DNA of 63,447 nt, the filler included, from Folioceros fuciformis (taxonomy: Eukaryota), in NCBI GenBank assembly GCA_049999805.1. It is 13 parts of 13 records of this genome, joined end to end, with 100 filler letters (N's around TTAATTAATTAA, not from the genome) between each part and the next. Parts side by side here need not be neighbours in the genome. Positions count along the whole stretch, not along the records: positions 1 to 4,245 come from JBNGIO010006454.1; positions 4,346 to 7,540 come from JBNGIO010006456.1; positions 7,641 to 12,221 come from JBNGIO010006457.1; 10 more parts are not named here. The stretch is one strand, 5' to 3'. The translations under genes and the position numbers were made by a program. The notes beneath the pieces were generated by a model. The model saw nothing but the letters and a program-made list of their open reading frames with translations. It made no database searches and was not told the DNA's origin. Shown here piece by piece: positions 1 to 10,925 of the stretch (positions are counted from its first letter, which is position 1; each line of letters opens with the position of its first letter).

Positions 1-151
1 TTTACGGCCGGAAGTGGAATATATTGAGGGCAGCCGTATTTCGTTACCCCCACTTATTCCGCATTCCCGCCGTCGTGAATTGAGTTACGCTCCAGCCTAC
101 TACCGTACTCAGTCTTTCGCATACTCTCCGCCTGCAGAACGGATCGCAGCT

Positions 152-526
152 ATGCTGAGTGTTGGCGGCATTTCTCACTTGGATGGCAGCTTTGTTCCGT
201 TGATCCTGCTGCTGGTACTGGTCGGCGTCGCTGCCTGGGAGCAGAAAAGATTTGCCGAGAGGTGTTCGGTGCTTCAGGCAGCTGGCAGGCCAATTCTTGG
301 CAGGGAGGAACAGCTGCGCAAGAAGATGAGGTTGTTGCATGCTCAGTTGCGGCGGCTCAGAGGATTGTCTCCCACTCCTGATGAGGAGGACTTCCGCAAG
401 CTGTCGCCGTGTCCGGGTCTTGAGATGATTCTTGATGCTGCTGATTGTGATCCAGAGGGTAACCTGGTCTTTAGGTATGCTCCGTTCTGGAGAAGTCCTG
501 AAGCGGAGGCGATTGCGGGATTATAA
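152..526 (+). CDS. Antisense accessory ORF in the 3' region of Copia element A; N-terminal hydrophobic segment, unknown function
   Basis: Frame open 14..526 with first ATG at 152. FVPLILLLVLVGVAAW is followed by basic helical REEQLRKKMRLLHAQLRRLRGL. Ends about 140 bp from the pol stop, on the opposite strand. Confidence 0.5.
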   Translation: MLSVGGISHLDGSFVPLILLLVLVGVAAWEQKRFAERCSVLQAAGRPILGREEQLRKKMRLLHAQLRRLRGLSPTPDEEDFRKLSPCPGLEMILDAADCDPEGNLVFRYAPFWRSPEAEAIAGL

Positions 527-665
527 CTGTTTTGCCTGCGCGCACACAGAAGTAAAGCAAGGTAGCAATTCTTTTGTGCATGCTAATCTTTCCCCCACTG
601 TTTGTGACAAGACTAACCCTTTGGTTGTGCAGGTGCGTGCCTGTGCTGTGCAGGTTTGCAAGGAG

Positions 666-2005
666 TCAGGGACTTGGTTGGATGTCGAGCCCCAGACCCT
701 TGCAGTGCGCAATGTGCCTATCTTTTGGAAGTGCCTTCGTGAGTAGGTCTGCCACGTTCTGTTCTGTGGGCACGTAGACTAGGTCAATTTCTCTGGAGGC
801 CACTGTCTGCCTGATGTAGTGCTGTTTGACAGCTATGTGCCTGGTCCGAGAGTGATGCACAGGATTCCTGGACAAGGCTATGGCTGACTGGTTGTCGCAG
901 TAGACAGTCGTGGCTCCTGGTTGAGGGAAGCCCACAGACGCCATAAACAGGCGGTTGTACACAGTTTCTTGAGCGGCTGCAGTGGCGGCCGTGTATTCTG
1001 CCTCGGTGCTAGAGAGTGCGACCACAGTCTGCTTCTTAGAGGTCCAGCTGACTGCTCCTCCAGAGAGGATTGTGCAGTTGGCGGTAATTGACTGCCTAGA
1101 GTCTTCATCACTTGCCCAATCGGAGTCAGAATAGCAGATAAGCACTGGAAATTTTCCTTGCGATTTGTACTTAAGTCCTAGATGCTGTGTTCCCTTCAGG
1201 TAGCGTAGGACTCTTTTAACTCCTGTCCAGTGTGCTGTGCCAGGGTCAGAGAGGAACCTGGAGAAGACTCGTGCAGCTGGAGCTACATCAGGCCTCGTCC
1301 ATCCACTGATCCAGATAAGGCATCCCGTTAGCATACTGTAGGGTTTCTTTGCCATTTCCAACTTCTCTGCTTCTGTTTTTGGACTCTGGTCTGTGGAGAA
1401 CTTCTCTCCCACAGCCATTGGAGTGATAGCTGGCTTGCAGTCTGTCATGATGAATCTTTCTAGCATTTGTCTCACGTAGTGTGCTTGGTGGCAGAAAATA
1501 CTACTCTTGTCTGGACTGATCACTATCTGTATGCCTAGGAAGAAAGTGAGCTGTCCCAAATCCGTCATGGAAAATTCAGCAGTGAGGATGGACTTTACTT
1601 TCTTCATGATGTCTGGAGAGTTAGCAAATATCAGTGCATCATCGACATACAGTGCCAAGATGGCAAATAATTGCCCTTGCCTCAGGATGTATACATTTGT
1701 GTCAGCATCACTCTGGGTGAATCCAGATTTTACCAGGTAAGCATGGATCTTTTGATACCAGATCCTTGGTGCTTGCTTTAAGCCGTACAGGCTCTTTCTT
1801 AGTTTGCATACCTTATGTGGTTCTGACTTGCTGACATAACCCTCAGGCTGGGTGATATACATCTCCTCGTCTATTTCACCGTGCAGAAAGGCAGTCTTGA
1901 CGTCCATCTGGTGAATATCCAGTTTGCACTCAGCAGCCAAGGCAAAGAGCATTCTTACTGAAGAGGCTCGTACGACAGGTGAGAATGTCTCATGGAAATC
2001 CAGTC
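666..2005 (-). CDS. pol: Copia pol C-terminal part: reverse transcriptase and RNase H
   Basis: Motifs HQMDVKTAFLHG, LYGLKQAPR, LYVDD, YSDSDWA, SSTEAEY, CDNQSAI, ADLLTKAL. Confidence 0.95.
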
Positions 2006-2015
2006 NNNNNNNNNN

Positions 2016-3177
2016 GATTGCTGGAGGAGGCTCCACGACCACGAGTATGAGTGGCCTCCTCGTTGAGCAGGGCGCCAATGATATCTGAGAGTGTGATTTG
2101 AGATTGTGTCCCAGCAGCTACTGCGGCTTGAGCTGTTTGTATATGTTGATTCTGAGTACTCACAAAGCTGTTGTATTTTTCTGGTAGTGACATAAGGAGG
2201 GCCACTGCAGCTTGGAGTTCATCAACAGCAGTGCCAGCCGTGATCAGGTTGGTACGTAGCATTCTGAAACGGCTGACGTGATTCTCAACAGTATCTCCAT
2301 CTCGCATTCTCAGATTGTAGAAGGCACGTGTAGCATGAACGAGTGTTGTAACACTTTTCTTTTGGTGCACTTGGCAAAGGGAATCCCATATTGCCTTCGA
2401 ACTGTCTGCCTCCCGGGCATGAGACATCATGCTTAAGTCCAGAGCAGAATGGATTACGTTTTGAGCACGAAGATCCTTGAGTTTCCAGGCATGCTGGTCT
2501 GCTCGACTTGCAGCAGTTGCACCTCCAGCAGGTGTTGCTGGCATTGGAGTTGCTCCAGTGACATACTCCCAAAGTTCGAGTTCTTGTAAGATGGTGCGTA
2601 CCCGAATCATCCATATGTCAAAGTGTTGGCCACTAAATCTATCTTTGTCTTTGAAGTCATACTTAAAGTTGTTGACTGTGACGTTTGCAGGAGGATTAGT
2701 GCCCATGGCTGTGTATTGACTAAACTGCGTCTGACTTAGATCAAACAACTGATCAAGATGAAGTGAAGAAGAGTGACTAGATGCTGGTGAATTATGTGAG
2801 GACCTTGGTGTGGAGGCAGAGCTACCAGAAGAGGGAGGCTGAGAGAAAATGACACCGGATGATAACGTGCCTAAAGTGCTTACAGAAGCTAATGCTGGAT
2901 CTGGAAGGGTGTACTCGTCTGAGTAGTCGAAGGGATTTTCTGGAAGGACAGGTGTCTGTTCAAACCCAGAAATTGGTGACTCTTCGGATACCACTTCAAA
3001 TCCAGCAGTTGGCAGCGTTTCAGGTGCTTCTTCAGATCCGACTCTTTCTGGTGACGTTCCAGATCTTGGGCTTGAAGGTGACGCTTCAGAGCTCGATCTT
3101 GGACGCGACGTTCCAGGTCTAGCAGGAATCCGGCGCGGTGGCCTCCCGGCTGGGCTTGGATCCCAAGGTTCCGACAT
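2016..3177 (-). CDS. gag: Copia Gag (UBN2-type) with long Ser/Pro-rich N-terminal extension; truncated by gap
   Basis: FDIWMIRVRTILQELELWEYVTG, FYNLRMRDGDTVENHVSRF, LLMSLPEKYNSFV; ATG at 3177. Confidence 0.88.
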
Positions 3178-3769
3178 GTTCAACCACCATCTTTCTTGAT
3201 TTCTCTTCAAGTGTCATCTGTGTCAGGAATGCGGCCACCTCAGAGATGACGTCGTTCTTGGGTCTCCCACCAGGTAGAACGCAGGGCGGCTCTGAGTGGA
3301 AATTTGGCACAGTTTGATGCAGATTGATGAACGCTGTTCTTTCTGGCTCAGTTTCCAGTTGCTGAGCGCTCTGCTGCTTAATCACTCCTTCCAGGTGGGC
3401 TACCTTCGTGAACAATGCATTCAGGTCATGAGACAGATGTTTGGCTCTGCAGTTGATGTTGTCAACTTTGTCACGGAGGCGCTCATCCTGGACTTCGCGC
3501 ATTCGCCGAAAGTCACACAATGTTGCGTGTGTGTGACGACGCTCCTCAGCGAACAGCTGGTGAAGAGTCCTCAATGCCGGCTGTGGCAGGTCAGGTGCGA
3601 CCTCAGGCGCGCTCGCAGATGGATGCAGGTGCGCACTCCTTCCGCAATTGCTGCAAGAGCTCTCAGCTTGGTAAGTGTAGGGTGGTGGACGTGCACTCCG
3701 CGGTGTGGCCTCCGCTATGCTGACTCTGTGTGGATAGAAGGTGCGCCTTGAGCGACCATTGCGAGGCAT
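3119..3769 (-). CDS. Extra sense ORF (ORF0, 216 aa) between PBS and gag
   Basis: Intact ATG-started ORF beginning MPRNGRSRR, with CSNC and heptad-like LSHDLNALFTKVAHLEGVIKQQ; overlaps the gag start. Confidence 0.6.
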   Translation of the reverse strand: MPRNGRSRRTFYPHRVSIAEATPRSARPPPYTYQAESSCSNCGRSAHLHPSASAPEVAPDLPQPALRTLHQLFAEERRHTHATLCDFRRMREVQDERLRDKVDNINCRAKHLSHDLNALFTKVAHLEGVIKQQSAQQLETEPERTAFINLHQTVPNFHSEPPCVLPGGRPKNDVISEVAAFLTQMTLEEKSRKMVVEHVGTLGSKPSREATAPDSC

Positions 3770-4207
3770 TGCTTAGGGTAGCAGTCTAGTCATTTACCTA
3801 TCTAATGCAGGCCAGTGGACTGACTCCTGTGTTCCTACACAGGCTTCTTTCCTACAGCAGATTGAGTCTTACACACATGATGAACTAGATGCAAGACAAG
3901 CTAGGAGTGTTCTTGGTTGAACATGCTGTGCAGGGCAGAAACCAAGGTGACAGGCTAGCGAATTAGAGGTGCAAGTTCAACAGGGTGGCTCAATGCTTCT
4001 TGGCGCCAGGTGCGCAAGTGCTAAGCATAGTAGTGATTGACAACCTCCGCCAGGAAGGTTTCCGCCATCACGCCAAACCGGGTGAGTGAGAGTCTGAGTG
4101 CATGAATTGCAGCACGAAAATTTTCATGTGTCAGAGTTCTAATGCAGGACTATGATTTACAGATCTCACGCCGGCTAGGAGGCGACATGGCGGAATCTGT
4201 CAACCAA

Positions 4208-4219
4208 GCTCTGATACCA
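4208..4219 (-). promoter_or_regulatory. Primer binding site (tRNA-iMet)
   Basis: Reverse complement reads TGGTATCAGAGC. Confidence 0.92.
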
Positions 4220-4245
4220 TAGCGTAAATAGGATCGATAGCGTAG

Positions 4246-4345
4246 NNNNNNNNNNNNNNNNNNNNNNNNNNNNNNNNNNNNNNNNNNNNTTAATTAATTA
4301 ANNNNNNNNNNNNNNNNNNNNNNNNNNNNNNNNNNNNNNNNNNNN
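4246..4345. other. Artificial contig spacer, first of 12 (others at 7541, 12222, 16191, 19865, 22630, 29323, 38082, 39715, 50469, 52047, 56972; each 100 bp)
   Basis: N44-TTAATTAATTAA-N44 repeated identically; the linker has stops in all six frames. Confidence 0.97.
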
Positions 4346-4687
4346 CATTGAAGTCGTAAACCAAGAATCAATACATTTGATATGGAATGAATGAGAACAA
4401 CTTGGTAGTCTTCTAACTTCTTGGTTTTCCTCAAATGGTTCTAGACATATACAACATAATTCATTGTTTGCATCCTCTTCTTGCTTGTATAATATGTGTG
4501 GAATAATATGATCTAGTCTAGATATGTCGAGACAACGCTCCACCAATTTAACTATTGGTGCTCGTGGCCGAGCCCGTGCTTGTGCTTGTCTACCTTGTAC
4601 TCTTCGGAAGACTCTTTGGATGAATGATCGTACTCTTTGTCGCGTTCCAACTTGTGGTGCCGGTCCTCGTTGTTGTGAAGATGCCAT
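4346..4687 (-). CDS. RING-H2 protein, second partial copy cut by the contig end
   Basis: Same translation as 7125..7526 up to FTTSM. Confidence 0.75.
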
Positions 4688-5032
4688 GATAATTAGTGAA
4701 TCAATATGATGTATCCACAAAAATACTACAATTGTGTATATGTGGTATGACCTTGTAACAAATAAAAATGATGCGGATGTCGCCGCAAAGTTGTAATCTT
4801 AGAGTAAGATATAAGTTGATGACGGGCGCGGAAAATTCAAACCCGCCTATTGATATTCTTGCGTATTTATTTTATTCAGATGCAGAAATTATTATTGTAT
4901 TAAAATGCTTTCACTTCTTAGAGTGAAATAATGATGGCAATAATAGCTTTATAGAGAGGCCGCACTAGGAATCCACAACTTTAATAACGATGAAATGATA
5001 ATGGCAACAAAGGCTTCATGCAAAGGCAACGT

Positions 5033-5160
5033 TAGAGCACAAGATATAACAAAGCACCACCGTAGAAGGCAACGCTCTATAGAGCACAAGATGTAACAAA
5101 GCACTACCGTAGAAGGCAATGCTCTATAGAGCACAAGATATAACAAAGCACCACCGTAGT
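5033..5160. repeat. About 47-bp tandem repeat, about 3 copies
   Basis: tagagcacaagatataacaaagcaccaccgtagaaggcaa recurs. Confidence 0.8.
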
Positions 5161-7124
5161 AAGCAAGAGAGACGGAGAGAGGGAGAGAGGGCGAGAGAGA
5201 GCGAGAGCGCCAAGACGTATAGAAATGTTGTGTGCCACAAGTGTGTGAGAGGCCCTTTATATTGCTTGAGAAAACTAAACCCTAATTTCATAGAGAGCAT
5301 ATATATTTGCGATTAGTTATTGAACCCACTCATCCTAGCCCTAGACTCTACTTATTGAATGGGTGACGTAAATAAATAGGTTATGACACTAAATATTTAT
5401 GATGCTAATTTCTTGGTCTTCTTACCCATGTGCCATCCTGGGGATGTAATATGTCATAACATTGAACTACGGTGCTAACTATTTTTGGTCCCCATACACG
5501 TATGCCATCGTACGGATCATATCCTAAAATGAAAGCTACGTATAGAATATGCTTGGAAGAACCTAGATGTTGATGCTTAGAACTCCACGCATGCTGCACC
5601 GTTGCGTACGTCTTGCAATATTTAATGGTGCTGCATGCATGATCCATTACCAAATTCATATTCCTTGGCAACGGGAAATAATGCAAAGTTTCCAATGCGG
5701 GTCATGGCCGATCCCATGTCTACTCCCGGACCGATTGATGTAAGACTTGCCAAGTTCAAAAATCTTGGTAGACTAAGTTCACCTTGCTTGCAAGGGAAGG
5801 AGATGAATTTTTTGTTTTTGGCACCTTGAGGTTGCGAGAATGTAATGGCCAAGAACGTGATTGCGAAGATGAATATGTGCGCTTTCAATGAGGCGAGGGA
5901 AGAGCGACGAATTGAAGGCGAGGCTCAAATGTTTGGAAGATTTGCACAAGTCCACAAACTATGCACGGGTGTGGCGGGAAAGCTCAAGGTTTTGACTTCT
6001 AACCTAGACGTTGGGTTCTTCCTATCCAAATTTCTCGCCTTGAACGGTGTGTTTGTTGAAAACCCTTGGTATAGCTTGTTGCGGAGCACTCATTATGGTT
6101 GCAGCCACCACTCACTCGCCACAACCTTTCTATAGCAATCTCGGCGCAACACTTTGTTGGCCATCATCCAAAGCCCTCACGACGAGCTTGCTTCCAATTC
6201 CCACGCTTGGCACTAATGTCCATCGGTCAACTTGTTAGCTATTATTCACGAAAAGCGTTTGATGCTTCTAGAGTCCTTCAAAGTGTCACGGACATAGGTC
6301 ACGCCATTCCTCTTGGAAAATGATTTGTGTAATGGTGAAATATTAGAGTTCTATGAAATATTAGAGTTCTATACACGTCTACGTCTCTCTCTCTCTCTCT
6401 CTCTCTTTTTTGAAAAAAAATAAAAATCAATAGTTTTATGTATAATAAAAGGTTATATCATACATTAATATTTAGTTAAGATCATTAAATATATATATAA
6501 TGAATATGAATACTTATTTCTACCATATTAGTACATCAAAAATTATGAAAGAAATCCATGTGCACGATGGAATAAAAGTGAACACCCCCGCAGAGGAACC
6601 ACCGAAAACCATTTAGGCGAGAACTAAAACAGAACCCGTATGTTCCTCATGCGCGCACGTGCTTCCACAACCCTAGCTAGCTTCCATATTTTTCATTCCT
6701 AGTAGGTGCTCGTGCGTCTTAGGGGCTTCCGCTTCCATGGCTTTTCCTTTTTTGGTCTTCTTGAGTAGTCCAGCTGCCAAAATTCAACTCTTGCATAAGA
6801 ATTTCACAAGTGTAAAATCAATTCAAAGATGTTTTAAACTCTGCAAGCACATACAAGAAAGAACAAGCTTGCTCCAAAGTGATGGCAATACGCACCCAAG
6901 CGTTGCACCTTACACCCACAAAGACCTTGGTCGAAGCTCAATGGCAATAATCTTGAAGTGATTGACAACCTGCATTGTCGAGTTTATGTACAACGCGTTA
7001 TGAGGCAGTGTTCTTCTCTAGTTGCAATAAAGCATGCATTTAGCACTAGATTCTCTCTTACGCAATTGTCAGCCATGAATTATCTTTTGTTTGTAGAACA
7101 CATAGATGATCTATTACGTCTTAG

Positions 7125-7526
7125 TTATGCTTTGTACACAAATGCCCTTTCTATATCGAGAGCACTTCTATCAAGAGGACAAGTCATTGAAGTCGTAAAC
7201 CAAGAATCAATACATTTGATATGGAATGAATGAGAACAACTTGGTAGTCTTCTAACTTCTTGGTTTTCCTCAAATGGTTCTAGACATATACAACATAATT
7301 CATTGTTTGCATCCTCTTCTTGCTTGTATAATATGTGTGGAATAATATGATCTAGTCTAGATATGTCGAGACAACGCTCCACCAATTTAACTATTGGTGC
7401 TCGTGGCCGAGCCCGTGCTTGTGCTTGTCTACCTTGTACTCTTCGGAAGACTCTTTGGATGAATGATCGTACTCTTTGTCGCGTTCCAACTTGTGGTGCC
7501 GGTCCTCGTTGTTGTGAAGATGCCAT
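7125..7526 (-). CDS. Small intronless RING-H2 finger protein (putative E3 ubiquitin ligase), 133 aa
   Basis: CCICLEPFEENQEVRRLPSCSHSFHIKCIDSWFTTSMTCPLDR matches RING-H2 spacing. Confidence 0.85.
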   Translation of the reverse strand: MASSQQRGPAPQVGTRQRVRSFIQRVFRRVQGRQAQARARPRAPIVKLVERCLDISRLDHIIPHILYKQEEDANNELCCICLEPFEENQEVRRLPSCSHSFHIKCIDSWFTTSMTCPLDRSALDIERAFVYKA

Positions 7527-7640
7527 GATAATTAGTGAATNNNNNNNNNNNNNNNNNNNNNNNNNNNNNNNNNNNNNNNNNNNNTTAATTAATTAANNNN
7601 NNNNNNNNNNNNNNNNNNNNNNNNNNNNNNNNNNNNNNNN

Positions 7641-10600
7641 ACATTTGCATTTTCAAGGGTCTCCTTGATAATGACTTGTATTGCCTTGACATGCTACCTG
7701 TGAAGACAGTCACAGTTCACAGCACTGGGTTAGCTAACTTGGACACCAAATAGCTGGCTCTTTTATGGCACGCGAGACTCGGACATCCCAACAAGCAGAA
7801 GTTGGTAGACATGTCCGTGAAACAATGTTACAGGGAACCACTTCCCCGTTGCTTCAAGGAACTTCCATCCTGCGAAGCGTGCATAATTGCCAAGCAAAAG
7901 GAGCACCCTTTTCCTTCCACGCCAGCATACAGAGCTACCTCCGTCCTGGACCTTGTCCATGCTGATATTTCTGGAAGAATACAGGTGTCCTCCTTAGGTG
8001 GCTCCAACTATTACCTCACCTTAACGGATGACTACAGCCGCTACAGTTGGACATTTCCTATGCGGAGGAAGAGCGATGTCCTCGAGCTATTCAAAGAGTG
8101 GCTACCTACAGTGCAACGACAAACAGGTTCTTTGGTCAAGTACCTACGTACAGACAACGGAACTGAATTTGTAAATGCTGCATTTGATGAGTACCTTATT
8201 GCGGCAGGCATCCAGAGACAGCTTACTGTCCCGTACACACCCCAGCAAAATGGGGTGGCCGAAAGGAAGAACCAGACTCTTCTGGCCATGACCAGGAGCA
8301 TGTTGCTCTGGTCCGGGCTTCCTCAAATGTACTGGGCTGAAGCAATCTCTGCTGCAACTTATATCCTGAACAGAATCATTACGAGCTCTGTTCCTGATCA
8401 GACACCCTATGAGGTTCTCTATAAAAGGAAGCCGAGCCTGTTGCACCTGCGTGTATTTGGCTCTCGAGCATATGCGCTTATTCCTTCGGCGAAACGTCGT
8501 AAGCTAGACCCGCGAGCACAAGCCCTAATTTTCGTAGGGTACAGTGAGCAGTCTAAGGCCTATCGACTATATGATCCAACTACCCGGCAGATGTCCCTGT
8601 CACGTAGCGTGACATTCATTGAGCCCAAACATCCTCTGCATACCTGTGCTCCAGAGTCAGAGGGAGCTGTTCCTCCGCCTGATGAGACAGAGGGAGCCCC
8701 TGCCATTACTGCATCTGATGGGCAGGTCACTTATCATCTCTATCCCCAAGATGGTGCCGATGACTTGCCAGATACAGTTCCGCCGAACAATGTATTACCT
8801 GCAGATCCATCACTTGCTGATGCTGTAGATATGGGCCCTGTACCTGCGATTCCAGATCCAGCCCATCTTGAGGAACCTGTCTCGCCTGCCCATTCCCAGG
8901 CTTCTGTGGCTTTTTCGGATGATTTCACCATTAATGAGCAAAGTTCAGTCTCAACAGATGCTGAACATCCGCTGGAGGACCTGGCTCCACCGGTCCCAGT
9001 GGTTCCTGAAGAGGTGGCCCCTCGACGCTCTGGACGTCACCGGCCAACCCCTGAGCAATGGGCTGAACCGAGGTATCAGTCCATCGACTTCAGAAATAGA
9101 GCAGCTGCTGCAACGACGGTACATACTGCCCCCTCCGACATCCCTGATGAGCCACATACTTTGTCTGAGGCATATAATGGACCTGATAGCCAGCACTGGC
9201 ATGCTGCAGTAGAAGACGAGTATCAGTCATTAATCAAAAATAAGACCTGGACTCTCGTCGATCTGCCGCCTGGCCGCAAGCCCATTTCTTGCAAATGGGT
9301 CTTCAAACACAAGTTGAATGCTCAAGGCAAGATTGTTCGTTACAAGGCCAGATTAGTGGCTCGAGGCTTTACTCAGGTGGAGGGCCTGGATTATCAGGAG
9401 ACATTTTCTCCTGTAGTCCGAGCTCAATCCATACGCATGCTTTTGGCTTTGGTTGCACAATTCGACTTGGAGCTGTGGCAGATGGATGTCTGCACAGCAT
9501 ATCTTTATGGCTCCTTGGATGAAGAATTGTACATGCAACAGCCAGAAGGTTATGTCAATAAGCAGCATCCTCTTCAGGTTCTGAAATTACTTAAATGCAT
9601 TTACGGACTTAAACAGTCTGGCAGGGTCTGGTACTTTACGATCCATGTTTACCTGCTGGGACTGTCCTTTGTCCAAAGTGCTGCAGACACTAACGTCTAC
9701 AGGTTGGTCAGAGGTTCTTCTTTTGTTGTGATTGCGCTGTACGTAGATGATGTCATCCTGGTTACAAACAGCAAACCCCTGTTAGCCGAGGTCAAACAGA
9801 TGCTTAGTGACAAATTCGAAATGAAGGATATTGGTGATCTGAAGTTTTGTCTGGGCATTCAAATCCTTCGAGTTCGTGAGGAGGGCCTTCTGATTATCCA
9901 TCAGCACAAATATATTCGTGAGATCCTGCACAAATTTAAAATGGATCAGGCTCGTCCAGCAGTCACCCCATCAGCTGTAGGCGTTAAGTTGATAGTTGCC
10001 CAGTGTCCCACCTCTACTGAAGCTAAACAGGACATGGCAGATGTGCCCTACCGGCATGCAATCGGTAGTATTCTCTTTGTGGCTAACTGGACTCGCCCTG
10101 ATATCCAGTACGCCGTCAGCATAGCTTCCCAATTTATGGAAAACCCTGGACGTCCACACTGGGTAGCTGTGAAGCGTATCTTCCGATATCTGCAGGGAAC
10201 CCACAGGTACGGGTTATTTTACAAGCGTAGTGACACAGGCAACTTTCAAATTTCTAGCTTTACAGACGCTGACAGGGGTTCGTACAGTGATGGCCGCCGC
10301 AGCCTGTCTACTTACTTTTTTCTGTTGGCAAATGCCTCTGTGAGCTGGAGTTGTAAGAAACAAACTTCGATCGCTCTATCTTCGACAGAAGCGGAATATA
10401 AATCCCTTACAGAGGCTTCCAAAGAGGCAGAGTGGGCACGCCAATTCTTGTATGACCTTGGCCACCCTCAGCCAGAGCCTACCCTCCTCTTATGTGATAA
10501 CACCGGTGCTCTTGCCCTTGTAGCCAATCCACGGTACCACGCTCGTACCAAACATATTGAAATACAACACCATTACATCCGAGACGCAGCTGCACGGGGA

Positions 10601-10744
10601 GTGGTTAAAGTTGGTTACGTTGATACCGATCTCAACACTGCTGACATCTTTACCAAGCCCCTACCCAAGTTCAAGCACTACGCTCACATGACGGGACTCG
10701 GCCTGCAAGACTATGCTGCTTATTTTGCACCAGGCACCCTATGA
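7641..10744 (+). CDS. pol: Copia pol: GAG-pre-integrase, integrase, RT, RNase H (one in-frame TAG at 7751)
   Basis: LWHARLGH, LVHADISG, RTDNGTEF, TPQQNGVAERKN, YKARLVARGF, LYVDD, SSTEAEY. Confidence 0.95.
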
Positions 10745-10925
10745 GTCAGAGAACTTATCTGGATGGGGGGGGGGGGGAACCTGAGTTCTCTGACCAACAG
10801 ATAAATTAGTTGCAAGCCTCCCTTCCTCCAGACAAGGGTTCTCTGCGCACACAGTTTTTTCAGTCAGTCTTGCCCGTCTTTACAGTCATGCAGCTCTGCA
10901 GGTGGATGAAGCTTATCTGACCTGA

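Larger units (their letters stand above)
1..4245 (-). mobile_element. Ty1/Copia LTR retrotransposon A (protease and integrase lost in a 10-N gap)
   Basis: PBS at 4208..4219, gag 3177..2016, RT/RNase H 2005..666, 5' LTR end at 4220..4245. Confidence 0.93.
4346..7540. repeat. Terminally redundant contig: 2839-bp unit (4346..4701 = 7185..7540)
   Basis: The same 356 bp occurs at both ends; ORF offset 7363-4524 = 2839. Confidence 0.93.

Noticed and set aside
1990-2078. Gag joined directly to RT, i.e. an element lacking protease and integrase
   Set aside because: The junction is a 10-N assembly gap; ORF-track residues across it are artefactual.
4290-4301. Recurrent TTAATTAATTAA as a biological motif
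   Set aside because: Always centred in identical N padding; it is an artificial contig linker, so adjacency across it has no meaning.
4346-7184. Geminivirus/CRESS virus, given the 2.8-kb circular-looking unit
   Set aside because: No TAATATTAC/TAGTATTAC stem-loop and no Rep or capsid motifs seen.
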